64,000 nucleotides of DNA from Octopus vulgaris (lineage: Eukaryota): NCBI GenBank assembly GCA_951406725.2, contig OX597831.1, positions 38,254,001 to 38,318,000 of the forward strand, in the 5' to 3' direction. How positions within the stretch are numbered: the stretch's first letter is position 1; each line of letters opens with the position of its first letter. The notes beneath the pieces are model-generated. The model did no database searches and was not told where the DNA came from. It saw only the letters and a list, made by a program, of their open reading frames with translations. Made by a program: the position numbers and the translations under genes. Positions 14,426-29,126 of this stretch are shown here, in pieces.

Positions 14426-15343
14426 TATTATATTTAGCTGAAAATGTCTAAGACAACCAATAAAATATGAACATGAAATGAAAAAGAAGCGTAGCAATTG
14501 AATACGAGAATAACATTATAATGTTCACTAGAGCTACTGAATGATTGAGATAAATTTTGTGTTCCAATATCATTTAAAAGGATGTTGAATAAATGAGAGA
14601 AAAAACGTGTACAATTAGCGTCGAGTTGCTTTTATTAATGAGTTGTAACTAAATAGGTATTAGTGATTTTGTGTTGAAGTTAACAAAACATTCATGCTGC
14701 GATGGGGAGATAGCAAGAAGGAAAGAGAGGTAGGAAGAGATAGACGGGAATGAAGGTAGAGAGAAAGAGAGAGAAAAAAAGCGAGGCATATAAAAAGAGA
14801 GACAGACAGACAGAGATTTTAAGTAAATGGAATTTACTTCATTCTGATTGCATGCTTTGGATTAGTAAATATTTAATTAGGCTGTTAATGTGCTCATATG
14901 AAGTGTTAGCAAAGCTTTTTAGATTTTTGTTTTAAACCGTATTCTAAAAAGGTTTCTTGTTTTTATTTTCAATTTTTTGTTTTTAGTTTAGCTTTTGTTT
15001 TTCAGGAAAATCATATTTTCTGAATTAGTTGCAAAATTATACTTTTACTCTTGTTTTATTTATTTTTTTATTGTAATTTTACTTCAGCTGTCTAAAGGGC
15101 CCCACCAGTGTATAATACAAATAGTAGAATTTGTGGAAACATATGTAATACAAGAAATATTTGAAAGCTAACTAAAACTAATTTTGCACGCAAGAAAACG
15201 AAATTGAAAAATTTTTAAATCAATAGCAAATATTTCAAATACATTAAAATACAATGGCTATTGAGGCGACTATAATACTGAAGCATTGACGGAGTTGTCT
15301 GTCTTAAATACCAAAGTAAATGAATTTATACAAGCGATGTAGA

Positions 15344-15612
15344 GGCACATGGCCTAGTGGTTAGAGCAGCGGACTCGCAGTCGTGGGATCACGAGTTCGA
15401 ATCTCAGACCGGGTGATGTGTGTGTTTATGAGCGAAACATCTAAGCCCCACGCGGCTCTGGCAGAGGGTAATGGCGAACTTCTGCTGATTCTTTCGCCAC
15501 AACTTTCTTTCACCTGCGACGGACCGGCGTCCCGTCCAGGTGGGGAACCTATACGCCAAGAAAACCGGGAAACTGGCCCATATGAGCAAGTCATGGCTCG
15601 AGAAGGAACAAG
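15344..15612 (+). mobile_element. tRNA-derived SINE (family B), apparently full length
   Basis: A-box TGGCCTAGTGG, B-box GTTCGAATC, 3' block CCTGCGACGGACCGGCGTCCCGTCCAGG. Degenerate TSD ATACAAGCGATGTAGA / ATACCACCGATAGGTAGA. Confidence 0.85.
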
Positions 15613-15759
15613 AATACCACCGATAGGTAGAGGTGTGGCTCTAAGTCCATTCTTATCATTCGATTGTTTACAAGTATTGTTAAATTCGCGGGAAATTTGT
15701 TCGTTTTTACCTACTGTTTTGAGATGGCGTTGGTTAAATAAAGTCAGACTATATTCACT

Positions 15760-15940
15760 TCAAATTTCTTAGGTAAGGGGACCAGTTTATAATATCTACT
15801 CCAGTGTTCAACTCATACCAACTGTATTGACCCCGAAATAATGAAAGGTAAAGGCGACCTCAGCAGAATTTGAACTCAGAGCATGAGGACAGACGAAATG
15901 CCACTAAGCATTTTCCCTGATGCGTTAACTATTCTGTCTT
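15760..15940 (-). mobile_element. SINE-A, diverged
   Basis: GACCCCGAAA..ATGAAAGG.AAAG.CGACCTC..AATTTGAACTCAG. Confidence 0.8.
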
Positions 15941-16707
15941 AAGGTCTGGTTATATTATTCGATACCTATCAAAGACAGTGAAAGAAGGAAATTTGACAGA
16001 AGTTATTGTCAGGAATTTTCAGCAATCATTTGGCTGAAAGCATTGCCGGCTTTCGTCCAGTGTCACAAGACGAATAATACATGCTGAGCAGCGTATAACA
16101 CCAGAAAATGTACATGCTATCAAACGTAACACGTTCATGCCAGGATAGAATAAATACTGAACATAAAAGAACGAAAGGGAAGTAGGGACAGAGAACGATA
16201 GATTAATAAAGAGTAATCCTACATCGAATACATTTAGACATGTGTTCATACGCATGTAAATAGGTGAATATGTGCGGCCGTCTGTGTGCATATGTGAGCG
16301 TGTATGTAAAGAGAGTATACCGCTCTATGTATTGTATTTAATCATGATTCAATGTATATCTTTCTAAACAACTTACAGTGTTTCAGGGAGAAAAGTTCAT
16401 AATACTAGGTTACGGCGTAAAACGCAATATACAGGTATACAAAATGTTATTCAGTACGAGTTACACCTTTTGTTAAAACAGTATAAATGAATTATATATG
16501 TAAAAAACACATACACACACACACATTTATAATATGTATATATTTAAAAACATATTTATATATATCATTATATATATACATGTATATTTACATACATATA
16601 TGTGTGCATAGATAGATAGTTTGATATATATATATATATTTATATATATATATATAATTTATAATATACCTTTATATGATATATATTCACCATAAATGCA
16701 CTGCAAA

Positions 16708-16762
<55 letters not shown>

Positions 16763-16862
16763 GTATATATATAAACATGGTGTATACAGATGTAGTGTGT
16801 GTGTGTGTGTGTGTGCGTGTGTCTGCCTGTCTGTGTGTTTTTGTGTGTGTATGAGTGTGCTT

Positions 16863-16905
<43 letters not shown>

Positions 16906-17372
16906 TGTATATCTATACTTCATGTATTCATATACGTTAGTGAAGCTTCGCCAAGAAGAATCTTCCTAGCGGCTCATTGATCAATATTTTAGAGTGATAT
17001 AAACAAATATAACGTTATATAAGCCAGCTGAATTAAAAACAATCGATTGCATACACATTGCAATAAACCGGTACTATAATAGGAAACTATTGTGTTTTAT
17101 GAAAACTGTGTGTATTTAGAAGAATCAAGCATGACATTCTTCATCGACGTAGCAAATAAAAGAAAATTGTTATTAAAGAAAGTTTTGTACACCATAAACA
17201 GTGCTTAAGCCTCCGAGTGCAAATATTATGCTGAATGCTTTTAGAATTTGAAACTTTTCTTTTTCTTATGTACAGTATTCACAGAAGATTTGCGCCAAGA
17301 AGTACTCAGGTAACCCATAAGTACAGCTGACTCACTCCCCCTTTCCCTCGGCATCTTTATATATCTACATGA

Positions 17373-17417
<45 letters not shown>

Positions 17418-17526
17418 GCATGTATGTATTTACACACACGCATAAATATATATATACATTTATTTATAGATAGATAGAAACGGGTGTATGTATGTATATA
17501 TATATATATATACATACATATGTATA

Positions 17527-17604
<78 letters not shown>

Positions 17605-18449
17605 TATATACATACATATACATATATATACACACATATATATATATATATACACATACATATACATATATACACACATATATACATATACATATATATA
17701 TATATATGTATGTATGTATGTATGTATAGTCCTCTCCAAATATATTAATGATATTTGTACGCATACAGTTTGATAAATATACAAGCTGATTTAAGAGCAA
17801 AACTCATTTTAGGAAGAATGTTATATAGTTTTCTTTTTGTGCTAACCAGAGATGATGGGGTCGTCTAAAGGAGAAAGAGTGAGAGAGAGAGAGAGAGAGT
17901 ATGTGTAAGAAAGAAAGAAAAATGGAAGAGGCTAAGAATAATGGAAGACCAAGAGAGAAAGAAAAAGATAAGTTATGCTTTTTTATTGCGGGAGATGGAT
18001 AAGTTCTTCCATGTTTTGACAGTAACGTCGCACATATAAAATGAGATATTTGCAATGATGTGATGTAACTTATTATTCAAGGTTGTTAGCGATTATATGA
18101 CGCAAGTTATAGCGGAAAATAATGTTAGTTAAGTAAAGAAAAAAATGCTAGCGAAAAAAATATTAAAAAAGCATTATAATTCCAGTAAACTGTTGGATAA
18201 GCAGTTCTGCTGCTTAAACAGATAAAACAATATGGCGTCTATATTTATTTTTAAGGTTTGTCAAAGTCAAATAGGAGATTTACATTCACTATAGATTTAA
18301 AAGAAATCGTAGTATGCTATGAATCTCGTAGATATCAAGGTCAACTTCGGCTTTATTCTTAATGTTCTTCATTATAATATAAATAGATTATATAATATAA
18401 ATAATAGACTGGAAAATAGTCCTACTCCAACTACAACTTCTACGACTGC

Positions 18450-18494
<45 letters not shown>

Positions 18495-18584
18495 TAATAA
18501 TTATAATAATAATAATGATAATATTGATAATAATAATAATAATAATAATAATGATAATAAATAATAATAATAATAATAATAACG

Positions 18585-18615
<31 letters not shown>

Positions 18616-18637
18616 CAACAACAATAATAATATTAAC

Positions 18638-18669
<32 letters not shown>

Positions 18670-18711
18670 TTATTGAATAATAATAATAAAAATAAAAACT
18701 ACTGAATAATA

Positions 18712-18776
18712 TAAATGGCGGTGCCCCAGCATGGCCACAACTCGTGAGCTGAAACTAGAGAAAATAAAATAAAATA

Positions 18777-18780
<4 letters not shown>
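18712..18780 (+). mobile_element. Isolated CR1-type 3' tail (~65 bp)
   Basis: AAATGGCGGTGCCCCAGCATGGCCACAACTCGTGAGCTGAAACT followed by (AAAAT)n. Confidence 0.8.
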
Positions 18781-18830
<50 letters not shown>

Positions 18831-18869
18831 CGCTTCAAATTTTGCCACAGAAGCAGCCATTTTGGGGAG

Positions 18870-19805
18870 GGCAAAACAGAAATTTATGGAACAAAACGAT
18901 ATTTTCCCCACTGAACATAAAGAGTGCCGACGAGGATCATATGGATGCAAAGGCCAATGCTTAATCAATCGCATGGTCTTTGAGAAATTTCATAACAAAA
19001 CCAGAACTCTCAGTTCTGCATGGATTTGTTCTGAAAACGCCATCGACAGCATACTGCATTCATGGGTGTTGAAATCGTTGGATATTTCTCCTGTGGTTTT
19101 TAAACTTCCTGAAGCACATCTCACTGTGGAATACAAACCTCCAGTTATACCACTCTAATGGAGTAGTAACCATAATTTTTTTTTATCATTGCGCCACTTT
19201 CCAAGGTGACTCACTTTCACCTCTAGTTTACGGCGTAGCGTTCATATTCCTTACAAATGAAATTAACCGATCAGGGTATGGATATAAATTTGGTGACAAG
19301 ATAATGAGTCATCTATTTTATATGGATTACTTAAAACCCTATGACTGAGACAATAATGAACTACTACATACTGTGAGATGCAATGATTCAGTGCCATCAC
19401 CTGACCAGAAAACGGAAATCGGACATTGTTCTGGCGAATAAAAAAGAAAGAACATGCATGGTAATCTACATAACATGACCCAGTGACAATAGGATCAATG
19501 AGAAAGAAGAGGAAAAAATAAGCTACTATGATGATTTGAAGTGGGAAATACGAAGGTTGTGTTCAAAGAGCAGAATAGAAGTGATACCACTTGGCGCACT
19601 TCGAAGTATCCGCATTCAAATGCCAACATGACTGGAAAAACATTGGTGCAGGTTTTATGGTAGAACACATTAAAAAATCAGCATTGCTTGGGAGTTCAAG
19701 AATTCTCCGCAGGGTTCTTGAAGCATGACCAGTAAACAAATGTCCCTTTAGTCTATTGGTTGTGCACATCAGACACTTTCCATTAACCCCAGTAAAATAA
19801 CAACA
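18870..19805 (+). mobile_element. R4/Dong-type LINE, internally deleted (RT plus restriction-like endonuclease)
   Basis: CRRGSYGCKGQCLINR, FQGDSLSP (19199), HLFYMDY, then EKISYYDDLKWEIRRL and KSALLGSSRILRRVL. Confidence 0.85.
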
Positions 19806-19819
19806 GAATTTGCTGGAAA

Positions 19820-20625
19820 AAATAGGTGGCATTGGTTGATGAAAGGAACCCTAAAAAAGAGACCGAAGGCACTATACTGGCAGTGCAAGACCAAGTTCTG
19901 GCCACGAACTAGAGGGCCAACCTGGAGAACGGGCCAAGTGTCTCCGCTGTGCTGCACCTGCAATAGAGTGGATGAGACCATTGCCCATATCACGAACGGA
20001 TACCCTAGACTTGCCCAAAACCACTACTAGTTGTGGTATCATGATCAGGCAGCGAAAATGTTACGATGGAAATAGTGCGAAAAGTGGGGGCTAGAGAGTG
20101 GCAAGACGTGGTATGATCTCAGACCGGAGAGTGGCAGAGTCAGAGACTAGCAAAATCCTCTTGGATTTTCCAATCGAAACATATCAGGGGCTAGAGCATA
20201 GCAGACCAGACCTAGTGGTGGTAGACAAGGTGCACCACATATGCTATATATTTGATGTTCCATGTCCCTTTGTCCCACGAATAATCATGAAGGAAAACGA
20301 AAAGATAGATAAATACGACACTTTAAGTACGAAATAGCCCGGCTATGGAAAATGAAAAAGGTGAAGATAATGTGAATTATTTTTGGGTCCTTGGGAACAG
20401 TATAAGAAGACATCAAGAAGAATATAAAGGAAATTGCAATAGAGAGTTCAGTAGTACTATTACAAAAGTTTTGCCTCTTCGACACGGCTAGAATAATCAG
20501 GAAAGTATCAGATAACTGAAAAGAATGAATAGCATTGTACCTGAGGCTGCAGGTAGCAAGTCCGCTTCGCATGCAAGACTGCAAAAGCTTCAACAAAACC
20601 TGTGATAAAGAGAAAATAATAATGA
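19820..20625 (+). mobile_element. R4/Dong-type LINE 3' part (CCHC finger plus RLE), ends in AAT repeats
   Basis: SPLCCTCNRVDETIAHIT..LAQNHY, RPDLVVVDK..IFDVPCP..EKIDKY, TARIIRKV. Confidence 0.9.
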
Positions 20626-20712
20626 TAAATGGAATCTTATAGAGCTCAAACGCTTGGACAGGAAGACATCTAGCTACTAACATCAAAGAACGTACCACAC
20701 AAAAGCATACGC

Positions 20713-20766
<54 letters not shown>

Positions 20767-20779
20767 GTAGCAGCAACGC

Positions 20780-21032
20780 GAGTGAAACATAAAGGTTATT
20801 CCTATTGACATCTGAGTATTTGGTTCAATATGACCCAATCTGAAAAGACATCTGAAAACACCCTACAATCTAGTTGTATTGTGAAAGTTGGCATTACTTG
20901 GAACTGCACGCATATTGCGTAAAGTACTGTCTGTCTCGAGTGCTTCTTGTGACTTGCCCGACAGTACAAACACCCGGTAGACACAATATCTTCAGTCAAC
21001 AACCTCACGATATTGCATACTGTGCGACGTCC
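20780..21032 (+). mobile_element. R4/Dong-type LINE extreme 3' fragment between TAA arrays
   Basis: KVIPI..ALLGTARILRKVLS, 3' UTR, then (TAA)n. Confidence 0.8.
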
Positions 21033-21119
21033 CTAATAATAATAATAATAATAATAATAATTACAAAGACGAAGAAGGAGGAGGAGGAGGATGGGGATAA
21101 ATGGCAGTGAAAACGAAAC

Positions 21120-21690
21120 GCTAGAGTAACAAACTGGCTCAAAACGAGGCATATTAACGTAGTTAGATATAGCCATTGGAGATGGGACATGAATTGGAAT
21201 GACCATAAACCAGAAGGCATTAGAGAGAATAATGATTATAATATCTTGTAGGATCTTATAATCCCTTATTAATTAATTATTGATTCTCAGAGACCAGACA
21301 TTGTAGTAGATGACAAAAGGGAAATCAAGATTTTAGACATTACCATACCAGGGGGATGTACGGGTGGATGACAAAGAACTAGAAAAAACTGAAAACTACA
21401 AGCCACTAGAAGATAAGATTACACGAATGTAGAGAATGAAGTAAGGAACTCTAAATCCAGGAGTTGCTGAAGAATCGAAACCATTAGCAAGCAGATTTGA
21501 GAAATTTGGTATTTCTCCATGCGCTTTTGGGGACAGCAAGGATTTTGAGATTGGATCGTGGATGTTGAGTATCGTAGAAAGAGACCCTGTGAGATTCTTG
21601 ACAACAGCTTGTTTCCCGCTCTTATAGAATTAGCAGGAGCAAGCGAAATCAAGAGCTCGGACAAGGGAAATAGAAACGAAAATCATAAAA
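21120..21690 (+). mobile_element. R4/Dong-type LINE RLE fragment
   Basis: RPDIVVDDK..KILDITIPGDV-RVDDKELEKTENYKPL, LLGTARILR. Confidence 0.8.
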
Positions 21691-22359
21691 ATAATCCCTG
21701 AAATTTTGAGGGAGGGGGCTAAACGATTACGTTGATTACAGTGTCCTTCACAATCATCATCATCTCCGTTATCAAAAATATTTTCGTCGTCGTGGTCATT
21801 GACATCGTTTTCCTCATCTTCTTCATAATCATTTTTGGTGTGGTTTTTGTTCTTTAGCAACGTATGCAGCAGTGTATATTTGTTTCTATTTTACAGAGTG
21901 TAATCTTTGGACTACGGTCTAGTTGGAGAAGCAAATTGAAGCGAAGTGGTCAATAAAATGATTTTGAACACATTATAAAGATTATATAATTACATCGCTT
22001 TTAAGCAACGGTGACGAAAGGCACCTAACTTATTGCCAATATACTACCGCCCGTCCCACCAAAAAAAAAAAAAATACCACACGAAAGTGAGACCGTGGGC
22101 TCGATTCCAAACCCGGGCGGTGTTTTCTGTTCTTAGTAACACACTTTCCGATCATTTCATATTGTGAATCTGTACAGGAAATGCCGATTTCATGAACGTA
22201 GTCAGTTACTATTAAGCAGAAGCATTTGATTCGGATAAGCAAATGATGAGTGAAAACTATTCTGCGAAAAGACAAAGAAACGCCTTCCTAGGCCGCAAAG
22301 GACTACAATAGTACATGTATGTTTGTTTTGTGTATGTGTATGAGTAAATGTATGCATAT

Positions 22360-22408
<49 letters not shown>

Positions 22409-22409
<1 letters not shown>

Positions 22410-22519
22410 GTGATCACGTGACCGACCAGTCCATCAGATGTAGTTACACATCGCTGGTCACAATGCGTTCGCCTTGTTTTAGCCTTCGAATAACGCCACC
22501 CTGCTGGTTAAGCGAGCAG

Positions 22520-22522
<3 letters not shown>
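22409..22522 (-). mobile_element. Probable 3' end of a retroposon embedded in (TA)n
   Basis: Complex island flanked by (TA)n; minus strand ends GGTCGGTCACGTGATCACG (short tandem tail). Confidence 0.5.
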
Positions 22523-22598
<76 letters not shown>

Positions 22599-22640
22599 AT
22601 GTGTGTATGCGTGTGTCTATCTATATACATATATATATAT

Positions 22641-22675
<35 letters not shown>

Positions 22676-22781
22676 GTACATACGCACATATACATACACG
22701 ATTACAAACTCATTTATAGTAATACATTTAAAAATGTATCTATGCATAAAGACTATAAATAAAGACATACATTTATGTATA

Positions 22782-22848
<67 letters not shown>

Positions 22849-23812
22849 TGTGTGTGTTTGTGTGTGAGTGTGTGTGTGTGTGTGTGTATATAGATAGATA
22901 GACAGGTAGATAGATAGATAGAGAGAGAGAGAGAGCGAGAGAGAGAGATATGGATTGATGGACGGATGGATGGATAGATAGATGGACAGATAGATATCAA
23001 ATGGGATAGGAGGATATATATAGAGAGATAAATCTGGAAATATCGTCTCTATATTTGTGAGTGTTTGTGTGTTTGCGCTTAGGAACTGACTGAAGAAACT
23101 TTACGTAACTTCATAAAATATTTTTCCATCGTCTAATTGATTAGCGAAATCAATAAAAAATAGAAAGGAAAATCGCTGAAATACACAATTGGGAAAGTAA
23201 ATTATGAATAGAAACACCAATAAAAACCCATCAAAATCCTAAGAAATTATGGGGAGAAACAAGCAAAGAAATCTGAAATTCGTTCGCAGATGGGTGAATA
23301 GGTGTATTTTCCCAGATACATTACACCTAGTATGTGGAAGAAAGATGTCCGACAACGTAAAGTCATCATATCGCTCACACATTCGCTAGTATGCGTCTTG
23401 TGTGGCGTATATCTATCTAAATGTATATTTATCTTTCTATCTATTTATTGATATATATATATAAACATGTATATATATATGTGTGTGCGTGTATACATAT
23501 GTATATGTGTGTATTTATGTATGTATCTAAATAGGATTCTGTTGATTTCTAGAATATTTGGTTCTGTTGCTCTTATGATCAGACCTTCAGATGACGGCGT
23601 TTAACCATAAACTATGAACGCATTTTTGCGGATGATATAAGTATGTGACTATACTAGAGATTATTTAATACTCAACTCTTATATATATATAATGTGAATA
23701 TATATATATATAATGTCGAAAGACACCCGTTTTCAATGTCCTGTTATTTGTATTTGTATCACCTAACAGTCTGGGTATTTTGTCCCATTTTTGTATTTTT
23801 TATATATAAAAA

Positions 23813-24195
23813 CTAGCAGTATCGCCCGGCGTTGCTCAGGTTTGTAAGGGAAATAACTATAAAGCATTTTTAGAGAGTTATAGCCAAAAAATAGCAAAAA
23901 AATGGAAAAAAAATTATGGTAAATTTTTTTTGAGTGAAAAAAGGTGGAGTTGCGTTCCCTAGACAGTTTGCGGTTTGTGTTTTTGATTATCGACCCCATG
24001 TCGAATTTATCGATTTTTTTCAGAACTGGGGGAACTTTTCAAAATTTTCGCTACGTTAGTTTTGAATTATGACATTGGGCTATGTGTGTGTCAAGTTTCA
24101 TCAGAATCGGATGAAAGCCGTGGTCAGAGTGAGGGTACAACCAAACAGACACACAGAAACACACACAGACAAACTGCCGTTTATATATAGAGAGA
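23813..24195 (-). mobile_element. Non-autonomous Helitron, complete
   Basis: Minus strand: A|TCTCTCTATATATAAACGGCAG start, internal (GT)/(GTCT) repeats, subterminal hairpin CCTGAGCAACGCCGGG, CTAG|T end; A/T insertion site, no TSD. Confidence 0.9.
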
Positions 24196-24696
24196 TATAG
24201 TGGAGTACGTACGATTTGGTCTCTTATATTTAAGTATATATAACTAAATTTGTAGGACTCTATTATTCTTTGTATTCTTTCATTATATCCTTCTTTCTAT
24301 CAGCCCCCTCACACTTAATTCGTTCATTCCAATCTTCGTTCTATTTGTTCCCCTCTCTCACATTTTCTGGTCTTCTCTTCATGCTCTCTTTCCCTCCTCT
24401 TTCACTTCACTCTGTCCCTTTCATTTTTGCTCGCTCAACCTTTATTCTTCTAACCGTCTGCCTTACCTCCCTGTCTTCTCTCTTTAGGTGACCGGTGTTC
24501 GGCCAAGCCTGATCTTTCATTTTTGGTTCGACTACCATCAGTATAACATCTATATTCCTCCCTGTACCTCCCAAATCTTATGTCCCTGCCGTAAGGCTTT
24601 ACTTCCACACACGCCAGTTTAATTTAATTCGACTTAGTCCTGTTAATTGTATCTGTATCACCTGTCTGGATGTTTTGCGTGTTTATCCCATTTTTT

Positions 24697-24766
<70 letters not shown>

Positions 24767-24774
<8 letters not shown>

Positions 24775-25398
24775 AAAGGGCTTAGTAAAATAAATTACTT
24801 TGCCACATACTGAACTCATTAGAAATAGCAGCTAAAAAAATGTTTTTAACTATTTCTAATACTTAAAGAAAATCTCTCTCATATAGTGTTTGCTCAAGTC
24901 AACTCACGAAGGTATGGGGGTAAAAACATTAAAAAATCACAAATGCAAAGGTTATTTGAGAACGTACGTTTCTAGATTAGTCAAATCGACATTTCTTTCG
25001 TCAGCTCAGAACTCCTTGATTCGGATTTGGGAACACTGAAAGTGGGAGCATACCCTTTTGGCTTCTTATCACTTCCGGAGATCCGCTCGAACTACCAGTG
25101 CTAACAAATTCAAAATATGCAAGCGAAGAATTTCTGCTCTCCCCTTTCCACCAGCGTGGGTTAAAATTGGTAAACACTATGTTTTATCGGTAAAAACCGA
25201 AGCATTAAACAGAGAGAAATGAATTATAATTTCAACAATTGAGGGTAAAATTAATTAATTATTAATCAATTTCACCAAGTATTCAGTATGTAAAGGGACC
25301 ATTTAAGGCGAATTCAAATTATTACATTATATAAAAGGGCTTATTAAAATAAATTACTTTGCCACATACTGAACTCATTAGAAATAGCAGCTAAAAAA
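24767..25398 (-). mobile_element. Penelope-like/retrozyme-like partial tandem repeat (559-bp period) inside (TA)n
   Basis: ~72-bp near-identical direct repeats at 24767-24838 and 25326-25398, with an internal hammerhead motif. Confidence 0.75.
24957..25008 (-). ncRNA. Minimal type I hammerhead ribozyme
   Basis: UGAG-CUGACGA-[imperfect stem II]-GAAAC-GUAC-GU-U-CUCA: both core boxes, stem I UGAG/CUCA, short stem III with palindromic tetraloop. Confidence 0.75.
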
Positions 25399-25399
25399 T

Positions 25400-25432
<33 letters not shown>

Positions 25433-25604
25433 ACGTTAATCCAAACATGAAAGCACAAAAAAATACAACACAAGGACGTGGAACAAATATAGTATTATTG
25501 GATGCTCATTGGAAATATAGGCGAAGGAAAGATCCAGAGAAGGGAAGACAGAAGAAAAAAATTGTCAACGGTACACACGCGGTCACATTTATAGATAGAT
25601 AGAG

Positions 25605-25648
<44 letters not shown>

Positions 25649-26095
25649 GGATGGATGGATGGATGGATGGATGGATGGATGGATGGATGGATGGATGGAT
25701 AGATTGCTAGATAGATAGATGTATGAATATATATGTATATATATACACACATGCCCTTATTTAAGTTAAGTTTAAAATTAATATTTGTGTGTGTGTGAGC
25801 ACGTATATAAGCACACATACATCTTCAATGTAAATGGTTTCCCCATCATTATAATATGTTATCTGTGGAGACACTAATCACTATTACGATGATGAAATGG
25901 ATCGAATCATCGTTAAGAAACTGCAGAAAACGTGACTACAAAATATTAGATTATTTTTCTCTAGACATATTTCTATGATTCTGATGTTTGTTTACATTTG
26001 ACGTGTCTATACACACACAAGCGTGCATGTAAGATTGTACACACGCAAACACACACAGACACACACACACACACACACAAAGACGCGCACACACA

Positions 26096-26151
<56 letters not shown>

Positions 26152-26834
26152 CAGATGTACAGAGAGAGCAAGACAGATACTTAGATAGATAGATACATAG
26201 ATATACATATGTCTTTATATATATATATGTACACACACACATACACACATACACACACTCACACATATATCATAACCCAAATAAATAAATGAGCTTGGGC
26301 TTGATATATAATATATATATACACACATATACATATAAATAGAGAGAAATACAGATTGAATATATTCGAACATTCATATATGAATGCCTGTGTGTGTGTG
26401 CGTGTGTGTGTGTGTGCGTGTGCATGTGTGTGTGTGCGTGTGTGTATGTGTGCGTGTGTGTGTGTGTGTGTGTGTATTCATATATAAACAGAACATTACA
26501 CGAAGCAAAAAGATACAAATACTAGGAGGATAAGGTGTGGTACTACAGGTTGTAGAGCTGTTTCTGTAGGCTCGTAATAACGTTATAACATTGGTAAATT
26601 TTGTTCACCTGCCAACATTATCTCCTCTCCCCATATCTCCCCCACCCTCTCTCCCGCTCCCCTGCCTGTATATGTATATGCATATTTATATGTAAATGTG
26701 TATATATATATATATACACAGACTCATACACACATAGGTGCATATATATATATATATGCACCTATGTGTGTATGATTCTGTGTGCGCGTGTGTGTATATA
26801 GAGAGATAGAAAGAGCGAGAAACAGATTCAGAGA

Positions 26835-27012
<178 letters not shown>

Positions 27013-27666
27013 AGTAATCTATCTAGGCATGTACATTTCCAGCACTCAATTAATATCCAATGTATGGCTAACCGCATTGAGTGTTAAGAAACACAGAAAT
27101 ACAGTATTAATTTAGATAAACAGTCCCAATATATTTCATGCAATGGACAAATCCGGGAACTCCCTTCTTTGGAGTGCATATCCAATTCCTATAAATACAG
27201 AGATTTATCCATCTTCACATATTTTTATTCTTGACAATCATTCTGCATATCAGTTTAAATATGTACGACGTACGTTTTTATTGCCCAGGCATTTCGCTTT
27301 TGCATTTGCAGTTTCATTCCTTTGGTTTATAAATCTAAACCTCTTTATTCAATGTTCTGCCACTCTCATGATTTGAAGCGAACTAAGGGTATGTTCATAC
27401 GTCACTGAGCGTGGTTATTGGCCACTTCATGAAGAACTGCTCGGCGGCGCTCTATTTACAAGGCCGTGAATATGGATATTTCGAGTGATGGTTCTTAGTG
27501 AAGGAAAATTTCTGCTGACAGAGTATAAATGGTCGAGCTTGGCTGCCGTTTAGCCATTTCATGCAAGGTTTCACTTTTTACCGATTCTATAATTTGCAGG
27601 GACGTAAACACACAAACACCGCTTGTCATACATACATATATTTCTCTCTCTCACTCTCTCTCGCGT

Positions 27667-27704
<38 letters not shown>

Positions 27705-27864
27705 ACTGTGCGTGAATCCTTCCATATATACACCCATCAAAATATCTACCTAATACCAGTATGCTAGTTAATTAGCGGTAAATGTCTGATCGCTATATAA
27801 AATAGTAAGAATAAGGAATTTTTGCTACTGAATTTGAAAGAAGATTTAGCATCGTATCGCTCTT

Positions 27865-28090
27865 AAGTTTTGGCGCAAGCCCAGAGAGTTCGATAAGGCG
27901 TGTAACTCGATTAGATCGCCACCAGTCCTAGACTGGGACTTATTTTATCTATCCCGGAATGATAAAAGGCAAATTCAAACTCGGTGATTTTTTTGAATTT
28001 AAGGACGGAATAAAGGTCCTTTTGAAAATAAGGACGGAATAAAGTCCGCTAAGCATTCCTTCCCGTACGTTGACGATTCTGCCCGCTCAG
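27865..28090 (-). mobile_element. SINE-A, old copy with a small internal duplication
   Basis: Degenerate body and head; TAAGGACGGAATAAAG occurs twice. Confidence 0.6.
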
Positions 28091-28442
28091 CAACTTAGTG
28101 TCAAATTGTATTTAGTACTAATCATTATAACCTAAATCTACATAATACTTTAGATTAAAATTCGATGGCGAGTGTCTTGCTAATTCAAGTAGTCGGATAA
28201 AAATGATTGAGTGTTTCTGTGTCAGCGCGTCTAAATACACATATATATATACAAGCATAAACACACACATACACACAAACGTGTATATGTATGAATACAG
28301 GAAAACTTATACACGAACATGGATACAAGTACTTACTTATATGCGCAAGTCATGCATATAAATGTATGCGTGAGTGTGCGTGTGTGTGTATGTGAACGTG
28401 TGAAAATATACCTACATATATACATAAACATACGCGCACACA

Positions 28443-28479
<37 letters not shown>

Positions 28480-28512
28480 CGCATGCGTGCGAGCTCGTAC
28501 TAACAAACACAC

Positions 28513-28551
<39 letters not shown>

Positions 28552-28693
28552 TATGCATATATATACATATATATGGATATAATATATAAACACACATATA
28601 TACATATATATAAACATACATATATATGCATATATATACATAACATATATATATACATATATATATATACATAATATATATATATATATATAT

Positions 28694-28783
<90 letters not shown>

Positions 28784-28799
28784 TAATATATATATATAT

Positions 28800-28850
<51 letters not shown>

Positions 28851-29077
28851 TATAGAGTAGAGTCCACAGTGAGCCGTAGATAGGAAAAGTGCAGCCGGAG
28901 GGTAAATGTCCAAAGGAGAATCGGTAAAGGGTAGATAGAAAGTCCAGTGCAGAAGTTCGTGTGTGGTAAGAAATGGCAGGATCAACGTGTGCCACCACGT
29001 GAGCGTGTGATATATAGGGAGAGTTTAAGAAAAATACAAAAGACGAAGACAGGTGGTGTACAAAACAACCATATGTA

Positions 29078-29126
<49 letters not shown>

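Noticed and set aside
15344-15415. Possible tRNA gene
   Set aside because: The acceptor stem does not close, and the sequence continues into a SINE body and tail with a TSD.
27385-27600. Promoter-like island (CRE half-site, CCAAT, GC-rich patch)
   Set aside because: Short motifs only, with no associated gene or start-site evidence.
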